Part shown: one piece after another, positions 6,152 through 13,561 of the stretch
Layout: every line of letters begins with the position of its first letter
How positions within the stretch are numbered: position 1 is the first letter of the stretch
Source: Pedosphaera sp.
GTDB lineage: Bacteria; Verrucomicrobiota; Verrucomicrobiia; Limisphaerales; SIBH01
DNA length: 16,795 nucleotides
Assembly: GCA_031414955.1 (NCBI GenBank)
Contig: JANOQV010000117.1
Location: forward strand, 1-16,795
Direction: 5' to 3'
Program-made: the position numbers and the translations under genes
The notes under the pieces: generated by a model
What the model was told of the DNA's origin: nothing
The model's input: the letters and a program-made list of their open reading frames with translations, nothing else
Database searches by the model: none

Positions 6152-9067
6152 ATGAAGCGATTGATGACCCTTGGCTGCTTGCTTGTCACTACGGCCCTGG
6201 CCTCCGCGGCCACCGGTCCCATCCGCGTGCTGCACCTGGGCGACGGTACGACCGCCACCACCCGCCATGCCCACGTCTTGATGCGTGATCTGGGCCGCGA
6301 CGCCATCTGGTTCGAGTACGCGAGCGACGCGGCGCGGGTGACACCGGAGTGGATCGCGAAGTTTGACGCCGTGCTGTTGGACGCGCCGAAGGACAGCTTC
6401 AAGTCGCTGGCCGGGGTGGAGGCGACGAAGATCATCTCGCCCGACTTCAGCCTGGACAGCGAGGCGCTGGTGCCGGTGGTGCGTGCGGCCGTGCTGAAGG
6501 CGGCAGGTGGCGCGCGGCAGAATGATTGGGAGGCGTTCCTCGCGCAGCGTGAGCCGGAGAAGCGCGCGGCCAACCCGAACGTCGCCAACTACGAGCGCCG
6601 CCCCGAGGCTCTCACGGTGCCGGAGCCGTTCTCGGTGAAGGGGAGCAAGGAGCGCACGCAGGTCGCGCCGGATTTGCGCCTGGAACTGTTCGCCGCCGAG
6701 CCGGACATCGCCAAGCCCATCGCCTTCGCCTGGGACGAGCGCGGACGCTGCTGGGTGGCGGAGACGCGCGATTACCCGCACAGCGTGCAGCGCAGCGGCG
6801 AGGGCAACGACAGCATCAAGATTTGCGAGGACACGGACGGCGACGGCAAGGCGGACAAGTTCACCATCTTCGCGGACAAGCTGAACATTCCGACCAGCCT
6901 GGTGTTCGTGAACGGCGGCATCATCATCTCGCAGCCGCCGAGTTTTATTTTTCTCAAAGACACGAACGGCGACGACAAGGCCGACGAGCGCCGTGAAGTC
7001 CTGACCGGCTGGGGCATCAATGATACCCACGCCCAGGCGAACAATCTGCACTACGGCCACGACAACTGGCTCTATGGCTGCGTGGGCTACTCGGGTTTCA
7101 ACGGCGAGGTCGGAGGCAAGCAACTGCGTTTTGCGCAGGGCACGTATCGCTTCAAGGCCGACGGCTCGGCGCTGGAATTCCTGCACCAGTTCTCGAACAA
7201 CTCGTGGGGTCAGAGCGCGAACGACGCGGGCGACCAGTTCGGCGGCACGGCCAACGGCGCGCCGATTTTTTACGGCGGCATTCCCGCCAGTGCCGCGCCG
7301 CCCGGCCTGCGCGTCGCGACCGCGCGCAAGATTAACGTCGAGGACACCTGCCATACCATCACGCCAAACTTCCGTCAGGTGGATGTGATGGGCGGCTACA
7401 CGGCGGCGGCGGGCAGCGCATTCATTTACTCGGGCAATTTGCCGCCGCGCCTGCAAGGCATGGCCATGGTCTGCGAGCCGACGATGAAGAACATTGCGCT
7501 TATGGATGTGCGGCCCAAGGGCGCGGGCTACACGGCTCGGGACGGTTTCAATCTCGTGGCCAGCAGCGACGAGTGGATGTCGCCTGTGTTCAGCGAAGTC
7601 GGCCCGGATGGCGCGGTGTGGTTCGCCGACTGGCAGAATTTCATCATCCAGCACAATCCGACGCCCAGCGTGCAACGCGGCGGCTACAACGCCAAGACCG
7701 GTGTGGGCGGCGCGCACGAAAATCCGCTGCGCGACCATGTGCGCGGCCGCATCTATCGCGTGGTGTGGGAGATGGCGCAGAAGCCGGCCATCACTTCGCT
7801 CCGGGGCGCGTCCAGTGACGCGCTGGTCGGCGCGCTGTCGAGTGACAATTCGTTCTGGCGCCTGACCGCGCAGCGCCTGCTCGTCGAGGGCAGGAAGACG
7901 GACGCCACCGAGTCATTGAAAAAAATTGTCACCGCGACCAACGCTGGGGTGGGCGCGGTCCATGCCCTGTGGACGTTGCACGCACTCGGCCAGCTTGATG
8001 ACAAGACGCATCTCGCCGGTTTGCTGGCCAAGGATTCCCGCGTCCGCCGCGCCGCGACCCGCGCACTCGGCCATGACGACAAGGCGAAGACACTGTTTTT
8101 CAGCGCCGGTGTCGTGACTGATACCGATCTGGTCACGCGCCAGACGGCCTTCTTGAAGCTCGGCGATTTCCCGACTTCCAAGGAGATTCAAACCGTCGTG
8201 GCCAGCCTCGCGAAGAATCCCACACACCGTTCCGACGAATGGTTGAGCGACACGACCCGCCTGCTGGGCAAGAAGCACAAGACCGACGCCTACATCGAAG
8301 GCCCGAACATCCTGCCCAATCCCGGCTTTGAAACCACGGGCGCGAGCGGCCTGCCCGAAGGGTGGAAGCGGCGCGATTACGCCGGGCTGCCGGGCAACGC
8401 CGGCGCGGAGTGGGCCAGCGTGAACGGCGCGGGCAACGTCCACGGCGGCGAGCGCGCCCTGCGCTGCATCACGCGCGACAACGCCGACACCAGCTTCTAC
8501 GCCGACGTGGAGCTAAAGCCCAACACCACCTACCGGCTCTCCGGCTGGGTGAAAGGCCACGCCCTGCGCGGCAAGATCAGTCTCAACGATCACCTGGGCC
8601 GCGCCGAGACCGAGCGCGCGCCGCGCGGGGACAGCGACTGGACGCTCGTGGAAGTGGATTACAACAGCGGCAACGTGACTAGGACGAGCATCAACATCCT
8701 CCACGTCGCCGTGGGCGACGGCTATTTCGACGACGTGAAGTTGTGTGAATTGCTGCCCATCGATGCGCCGGTGGGGGCCGTGGTTGGAGTGGCTCAACGC
8801 GGTGCTGATATTTTCCACAATCATCTGGCGCGCTGCGTTCTTTGCCACGCGCTCAAAGGCGAGGGCAGCACGGTGGGGCCGGCGCTGGACGGCATCGCCA
8901 GCCGCGCCACGCCGGAATACCTGAAGGAGAGCCTGCTCGAGCCGAGCAAGGTCATCGCCAAGGGATTCGAGAGTCTCGGCGCGGTGTCGCCGATGTTTCC
9001 GATGGGCGACATCTTCAGCCCGCAGGAAATCGAGGACATCCTCGCCTACCTCAAGACGCTGAAGTAA
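6152..9067 (+). CDS. PVC-type heme-binding CxxCH protein (putative membrane-associated dehydrogenase family): beta-propeller, HEAT-like repeats, CBM-like domain, C-terminal cytochrome c; 971 aa
   Basis: Signal peptide MKRLMTLGCLLVTTALASA. ELFAAEPDIAKPIAFAWDERGRCWV, EDTDGDGKADK, VGPDGAVWFADW and RGRIYRV typical of the family. NILPNPGFE...FDDVKL CBM4/9-like segment (8306-8743). CVLCH (8834-8848), VGPALDGIA, ESLLEPS, SPM. Confidence 0.9.
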   Translation: MKRLMTLGCLLVTTALASAATGPIRVLHLGDGTTATTRHAHVLMRDLGRDAIWFEYASDAARVTPEWIAKFDAVLLDAPKDSFKSLAGVEATKIISPDFSLDSEALVPVVRAAVLKAAGGARQNDWEAFLAQREPEKRAANPNVANYERRPEALTVPEPFSVKGSKERTQVAPDLRLELFAAEPDIAKPIAFAWDERGRCWVAETRDYPHSVQRSGEGNDSIKICEDTDGDGKADKFTIFADKLNIPTSLVFVNGGIIISQPPSFIFLKDTNGDDKADERREVLTGWGINDTHAQANNLHYGHDNWLYGCVGYSGFNGEVGGKQLRFAQGTYRFKADGSALEFLHQFSNNSWGQSANDAGDQFGGTANGAPIFYGGIPASAAPPGLRVATARKINVEDTCHTITPNFRQVDVMGGYTAAAGSAFIYSGNLPPRLQGMAMVCEPTMKNIALMDVRPKGAGYTARDGFNLVASSDEWMSPVFSEVGPDGAVWFADWQNFIIQHNPTPSVQRGGYNAKTGVGGAHENPLRDHVRGRIYRVVWEMAQKPAITSLRGASSDALVGALSSDNSFWRLTAQRLLVEGRKTDATESLKKIVTATNAGVGAVHALWTLHALGQLDDKTHLAGLLAKDSRVRRAATRALGHDDKAKTLFFSAGVVTDTDLVTRQTAFLKLGDFPTSKEIQTVVASLAKNPTHRSDEWLSDTTRLLGKKHKTDAYIEGPNILPNPGFETTGASGLPEGWKRRDYAGLPGNAGAEWASVNGAGNVHGGERALRCITRDNADTSFYADVELKPNTTYRLSGWVKGHALRGKISLNDHLGRAETERAPRGDSDWTLVEVDYNSGNVTRTSINILHVAVGDGYFDDVKLCELLPIDAPVGAVVGVAQRGADIFHNHLARCVLCHALKGEGSTVGPALDGIASRATPEYLKESLLEPSKVIAKGFESLGAVSPMFPMGDIFSPQEIEDILAYLKTLK

Positions 9068-9177
9068 CGGAGCGCGGGTTTTCAACCCGCAGCAACTTGT
9101 GAACGGCCGCACGCGCCAATGATTTCGCAGCTGTTCCGATAAGTGCGGCTTGCTGCGGGTTGAAAACCCGCGCTCCG
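9068..9177. repeat. GGAG-type REP-like doublet immediately after the stop codon
   Basis: Perfect 28-bp inverted repeat cggagcgcgggttttcaacccgcagcaa (9068-9095) / 9150-9177; each arm has an internal palindrome gcggg-N7-cccgc. Confidence 0.92.
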
Positions 9178-9179
9178 CA

Positions 9180-9198
9180 AAGTTCCTGTTGGCAGGCG
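9180..9198 (+). promoter_or_regulatory. 19-bp motif AAGTTCCTGTTGGCAGGCG, copy 1 (putative operator or promoter part)
   Basis: Identical to 15225-15243; contains the dyad CCTG-N4-CAGG; both copies are intergenic and upstream of a gene. Confidence 0.5.
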
Positions 9199-9258
9199 CG
9201 ACCAAGAAGGTGATTGACGTCCAGCCCCGTGGATCGCTGCATAGGCGCGATTCACTGC

Positions 9259-12200
9259 ATGAAATTAAGCTTGGTATTAACCGGCCTGCTCGCGCTGGCT
9301 TTTGGCTTTGCCGCCGAGGCCGTCGCGGCGGACAAACTTTCGTTCAACCGCGACATCCGCCCGATCTTTTCCGACACCTGCTTCCAGTGCCACGGGCCGG
9401 ATGAAGCCAAGCGGAAAGGCGGGTTGCGGCTCGACCAGCGGGCCAGCGCCATCCAGCCCGCCAAGTCCGGGGCCATCGCCATCGTGCCCGGCAAACCGGA
9501 TCAAAGCGAAGTGCTCACGCGACTCACTTCCAAGGATGAGGACGAGGTCATGCCGCCCGCGAAGCTGCACAAGACCATCACGCCCGCGCAGATCGCCACG
9601 GTCCGCCAGTGGATCAAGGAAGGCGCGCCGTATCAAGGGCACTGGGCGTTCATCAAACCGGAGCGGCCGGAAGTTCCGGTGATCAGTAAATCAGTAATCA
9701 GTAATCAGCCGGCCAGGAATAGCCGCCGGCCACTGAACACTGATTCACTGATTACTGATTACTCTCCCAACCCCATCGACGCCTTCATCCGCGCGCGGCT
9801 GGCGAAGGAAAAACTTTCGCCCTCGCCCGAGGCACCGAAGGAAACTCTCATTCGCCGCGTGTCGCTGGATCTCACCGGCCTGCCGCCCGCGCCGGAGGAC
9901 GTGGAGGCGTTCCTCGCGGATCGTTCGCCCCATGCCTACGAGAAAGTTGTGGATCAGTTGCTCGCTTCACCGCGCTACGGAGAGCATGCGGCCGCAAGCT
10001 GGCTCGACCTGGCGCGCTATGCCGACAGCAATGGTTTCCAATCCGACACGCGTCGCGAGATGTGGCACTGGCGCGACTGGGTCATCAAGTCCTTCAACGA
10101 CAATCAGCCGTTTGATCAGTTCACCATCGAACAGCTCGCGGGCGACCTGCTGCCGCAGGCCACGCGCGCTCAGCTCGTGGCCACGGGCTTCAATCGCAAT
10201 CACCGCCTCAACGGCGAGGGCGGGCGCATCGTCGAGGAATGGTTTGCCGAGACGGTGATTGATCGCGTGGAGACGACCGGGCTGACGTGGATGGCGCTGA
10301 CTTTCAATTGCTCCCGCTGCCACGATCACAAATACGATCCGATTTCGCAGAAGGAGTTCTATCAGCTCTTCGCCTTCTTCAACTCGAACGATGAGCAGGG
10401 CGTGATGGATGAATTCGGCGGTGCGGGTGCGACCCGCCAGGGCGGCAATTCCAAGCCGGCGCTCTCGTTGCCCGATCCCGAGCAGGAAGCGAAGCTCGCC
10501 ACTCTCGGAGCGGCGGTGAAGTCCGCCGAAGTCGGCTTGGCGGAGGCGAACAAGGCGTTGCCGGAATTACAGGCGCAGTGGGAAGAGAGTTTTCGTCGTG
10601 AACTTGAAGTGGCGAAACCTGCGTGGGCTCCGCTCGCCGCGCCGCAGGTGAAAAGCGTCGGTGGTGCCACGCTGACGAAACAGCCGGACGACTCCTGGCT
10701 GGCCAGCGACAAGAATCCTGCCAGTGACACGTACGAAGTGAGCGCGAAGATTGCCGCAGGACAATTCACCGGCGTGCTGCTGGAAGTCTTCCCCGACGAC
10801 TCGCTGCCGAACAAGAGCCTTGGTCGCGGGCACAACGGCAACTTCATCCTCACCGGCGTCGAGGCGGAGATCAGTGCGCCAGGCTTGAACGAACCTTTGA
10901 TCGCCCATTTCACCCGAGCCGTCGCGGACTACGAGCAGAAGGAGTGGGAAGTGAAGAATGTCCTGCCCGCCGACGCGACGCCCGCGCCGAAAAAGAAAGG
11001 CGCGAAGGCCAAGGCTCCGGCCAAAGGCAAAGGCTGGGCCGTGGATGGAAACGCCGAGGACAAACGCCTGCCGCGCAAGGCTCTGTTCGCGTGCGAGCCG
11101 CTCACGGTTCCAACAAATGCGACCGTGACCGTGCGCTTGCTGCACGGCTCGGGCAGCGGCGATCACAATATCGGGCGTTTCCGGTTGAGCAGCAGTTCGC
11201 TCGCGCCCGCCGCACTGGCTCTCGGCGGCCTGGCCTTGCCTGACTTGGTCCGCTCGGCGCTCAACACCAATGCCGCCGCCCGCACGGCCGCGCAGAAAAA
11301 AGAGCTGGCGAAGTTCTTCCGCGAGAACGCCGATCATCCAGCGAAAAAAGCGGAGGCGAATGTCGCTTTGGCGAAGAAAGCGGTGGCGGCTCTCCAAGCG
11401 AACATCGGCAACACGATGATTTTCAAGGAACTGCAAAAGCCGCGCGATGCTTTCCTGCTGGTGCGCGGCGAGTACGACAAGAAAGGCGACAAAGTGGAGC
11501 GCGGCGTGCCGGCCTCGTTGCCGCCGCTGCCGGCGGGCGCTCCAACCAACCGACTCGGCATGGCCCAGTGGCTCATGAGTCCCAAGCATCCGCTCACCGC
11601 CCGGGTCTGGGTGAACCGCACTTGGGAAAAATTCTTCGGCGCCGGCCTGGTGAAGAGCACGGAAAATCTCGGTTCCCAATCAGAGTGGCCCAGCCATCCC
11701 GAACTGCTCGACTGGCTGGCGGTCGAGTTCATGCAGCCGACGGTGTTGCCGGCGGTCAACGGTCGTCCGGCGCAGCGTTGGGACATGAAGGCCATGCAGA
11801 AGCTCATCGTGATGAGCGCGAGCTATCGCCAGTCCGCGCGCGTCACGCCGCAGTTGGTGGCCAAGGATCCTGAGAACCGGCTGCTGGCGCGCGGGCCACG
11901 CTTCCGGCTCAGCGCGGAGATGGTGCGCGATCAGTCGCTCGCGGTGAGCGGATTGCTGGTGGAAAAACTCGGCGGCCCCAGCGTGAATCCTTACATGCCG
12001 GAGCGGGTCTGGGATGAGACGAGCGTTTACGGCGACATGCGCAATTACAAACCGGACAGCGGTGGGAGCTTGTATCGCCGCACCCTCTACACGATCTGGA
12101 AGCGCACGGCCGCGCCGCCCACCATGCTCATGTTCGATTCCCCCAGCCGCGAGATCTGCACGGTGAAGCGCTCGCGCTCGAACACACCGCTCCAGGCGCT

Positions 12201-12531
12201 CGCGCTGCTCAACGAAGTCACCTACGTGGAAGCGGCCCGCCGGCTGGCCGAGCGGATGTTGAGCGAAGGCGGCACCACGCCGGAGGCGCGCATCGACTGG
12301 GCGTTTCGCCGTGCCACCGGGCGGGCGCCGGAGAAAGCCGAGGTCGCGGTGCTGGCCAAGGGACTTCAGTCGCGCCTGCAAAAATTTCAGGCGGACGCCG
12401 ATGCAGCGAAGAAATTGATCACGCAGGGCGCATCGAAGCCGGATGCGAAATTGGAAGCTCCCGAGTTGGCCGCCTACTCGACGACGGCCAACGTGATTCT
12501 CAACCTTGACGAGGTCGTGACGCGGGAATAG
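9259..12531 (+). CDS. Planctomycete cytochrome c + DUF1549 + DUF1553 (PSD1) domain protein; 1090 aa
   Basis: Signal peptide MKLSLVLTGLLALAFGFAAEAVA. FNRDIRPIFSDTCFQCHG, HWAF, NPIDAFI, LIRRVSLDLTGLPP, WLDLARYADSNG, CSRCHDHKYDPISQKEFY, HPLTARVWVNR, PSHPELLDWLA, RLSAEMVRD, NTPLQALALLN. Confidence 0.95.
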   Translation: MKLSLVLTGLLALAFGFAAEAVAADKLSFNRDIRPIFSDTCFQCHGPDEAKRKGGLRLDQRASAIQPAKSGAIAIVPGKPDQSEVLTRLTSKDEDEVMPPAKLHKTITPAQIATVRQWIKEGAPYQGHWAFIKPERPEVPVISKSVISNQPARNSRRPLNTDSLITDYSPNPIDAFIRARLAKEKLSPSPEAPKETLIRRVSLDLTGLPPAPEDVEAFLADRSPHAYEKVVDQLLASPRYGEHAAASWLDLARYADSNGFQSDTRREMWHWRDWVIKSFNDNQPFDQFTIEQLAGDLLPQATRAQLVATGFNRNHRLNGEGGRIVEEWFAETVIDRVETTGLTWMALTFNCSRCHDHKYDPISQKEFYQLFAFFNSNDEQGVMDEFGGAGATRQGGNSKPALSLPDPEQEAKLATLGAAVKSAEVGLAEANKALPELQAQWEESFRRELEVAKPAWAPLAAPQVKSVGGATLTKQPDDSWLASDKNPASDTYEVSAKIAAGQFTGVLLEVFPDDSLPNKSLGRGHNGNFILTGVEAEISAPGLNEPLIAHFTRAVADYEQKEWEVKNVLPADATPAPKKKGAKAKAPAKGKGWAVDGNAEDKRLPRKALFACEPLTVPTNATVTVRLLHGSGSGDHNIGRFRLSSSSLAPAALALGGLALPDLVRSALNTNAAARTAAQKKELAKFFRENADHPAKKAEANVALAKKAVAALQANIGNTMIFKELQKPRDAFLLVRGEYDKKGDKVERGVPASLPPLPAGAPTNRLGMAQWLMSPKHPLTARVWVNRTWEKFFGAGLVKSTENLGSQSEWPSHPELLDWLAVEFMQPTVLPAVNGRPAQRWDMKAMQKLIVMSASYRQSARVTPQLVAKDPENRLLARGPRFRLSAEMVRDQSLAVSGLLVEKLGGPSVNPYMPERVWDETSVYGDMRNYKPDSGGSLYRRTLYTIWKRTAAPPTMLMFDSPSREICTVKRSRSNTPLQALALLNEVTYVEAARRLAERMLSEGGTTPEARIDWAFRRATGRAPEKAEVAVLAKGLQSRLQKFQADADAAKKLITQGASKPDAKLEAPELAAYSTTANVILNLDEVVTRE
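9679..9762. repeat. In-frame 84-bp palindromic element of GTAATCA heptamers inside the DUF1553 gene
   Basis: Left arm gtgatca-gtaaatca-gtaatca-gtaatcag (9679-9708); right arm ctgaacactgattcactgattactgattac (9733-9762). AT-rich in a GC-rich gene; encodes VISKSVISNQPARNSRRPLNTDSLITDY. Confidence 0.88.
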
Positions 12532-12544
12532 CGCAGGGAGTTTT

Positions 12545-12721
12545 ATGGCAGAAAGATTTTATGGCAGGAAAATGGGAGGGGAGGCGGGCGGCTGCAAAAA
12601 CGCATGGGGCGGAGCGCCGCTAATCCTGCCGCGCTTCGAGTTTCGCCACCGCTCCGAGAGACATGAGTATTCCCCTTCCCGTCTCAGTCCCCATTTTCCT
12701 GCCATCAAATCTTTCTGCCAT
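12545..12721. repeat. Long hairpin element upstream of the GxxExxY gene (arms A and B)
   Basis: 32-bp arms 12545-12576 and 12690-12721 are 31/32 complementary. Arm A overlaps a tandem dimer of a 16-mer TTTTATGGCAGRAARA (12541-12572). The spacer has a nested stem cggagcg (12610-12616) / cgctccg (12650-12656). Confidence 0.92.
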
Positions 12722-12741
12722 TTTCCCTCAGCATTTTAAGC

Positions 12742-13527
12742 ATGCCCATCGTCCCGAGCATTCCCTTGCGGCGCATCTCCCAAAAGGAGTTCGGCGCGAT
12801 GTCGTTCGAAGTGATGCGGCATGTCTTCGAGATGCACAACGACCTGGGCCGTTTCTTTGACGAGAAGATTTACAAGCGCGAGCTGGCCCGCCGTGTGCCT
12901 GGCATCCGGCTTGAAACGCCCATCGACTTCATCCACGAGTCCTTCTCCAAGCGATACTTCCTCGATGTCTTGCTGGACACCGCCGGGCTGTTCGAGTTCA
13001 AGGCGGCGGAACGCATCGTGCCCCGCCATCGTGCCCAGTCGCTGCACTACTTGTTCGCCGGCAACCTCACCCACGCGAAGTTGATTAACATGCGCCCCGA
13101 GTCGGTGGAGCATGAGTTCATCAACACGAGCCTGACCGAGGAGGAGCGAAAGCGATTTGCCGTCACCACGACGCGCTGGGATCGGACGCTGCCTGGAGCC
13201 GCGCGGGTGGAAGAGGTCATGCTGGCCCTGCTCCAAGATTGGGGGGCCGGACTGGAAGTGCCGCTCTACGAGGAAGCGTTGACCCATTTTCTCGGCGGCA
13301 ATTCCATGGTGGATCAGGAAGTGGAAGTTCGTCTCGGAACGGTCGCGCTGGGCCACCAACGCTTCCGTCTGGCTGCGCCGGAAGTGGCGTTCAAGCTGAC
13401 GGCGTTGACCGAGCGCCAGGAAGAATTCGAGGATCACACCCGCCGGCTGCTGGCCCACACGCGAATGCAAGCCCTGCTCTGGGTGAACCTCACTGTCTCC
13501 GAGATCACCTTCACCACCTTGCAATGA
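12742..13527 (+). CDS. GxxExxY-family protein (PD-(D/E)XK nuclease fold) with two tandem GxxExxY-like domains; 261 aa
   Basis: Domain 1: HNDLGRFFDEKIYKREL ... YFLDVLL ... LFEFKA ... HRAQSLHYL ... LINM. Domain 2: WGAGLEVPLYEEAL ... EVEVR ... LLWVNL. Confidence 0.85.
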   Translation: MPIVPSIPLRRISQKEFGAMSFEVMRHVFEMHNDLGRFFDEKIYKRELARRVPGIRLETPIDFIHESFSKRYFLDVLLDTAGLFEFKAAERIVPRHRAQSLHYLFAGNLTHAKLINMRPESVEHEFINTSLTEEERKRFAVTTTRWDRTLPGAARVEEVMLALLQDWGAGLEVPLYEEALTHFLGGNSMVDQEVEVRLGTVALGHQRFRLAAPEVAFKLTALTERQEEFEDHTRRLLAHTRMQALLWVNLTVSEITFTTLQ

Positions 13528-13528
13528 A

Positions 13529-13557
13529 ATTTTCCTGCCATAAAATCTTTCTGCCAT
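13529..13557. repeat. Arm C: third copy of the GxxExxY-flanking repeat, filling the gap between the GxxExxY stop and the DUF1501 start
   Basis: attttcctgccataaaatctttctgccat; 29/29 inverted to arm A and 28/29 direct to arm B. Confidence 0.95.
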
Positions 13558-13561
13558 GCCC

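Larger units (their letters stand above)
12545..13557. mobile_element. Putative 1013-bp insertion unit: GxxExxY gene bounded by perfect 29-bp terminal inverted repeats
   Basis: atggcagaaagattttatggcaggaaaat (12545-12573) is the exact reverse complement of 13529-13557. The unit separates a DUF1553 gene from a DUF1501 gene, which usually occur as neighbours. Mobility is inferred. Confidence 0.6.

Noticed and set aside
9679..9762. CRISPR array (also considered for 376-510 and 12541-13557)
   Set aside because: The repeats are inverted or short tandem units without regularly sized unique spacers, and no cas genes are present.
12545..12739. Small ORF MAERFYGRK... and the antisense ORF 12736-13572 containing the same peptide
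   Set aside because: The shared peptide is just the translation of the inverted-repeat arms; there is no independent coding evidence.
12545..13557. Classical IS element
   Set aside because: No DDE, HUH or serine/tyrosine recombinase motifs were recognised in the enclosed ORF, and no target-site duplication directly flanks the terminal repeats. Kept only as a non-canonical candidate.
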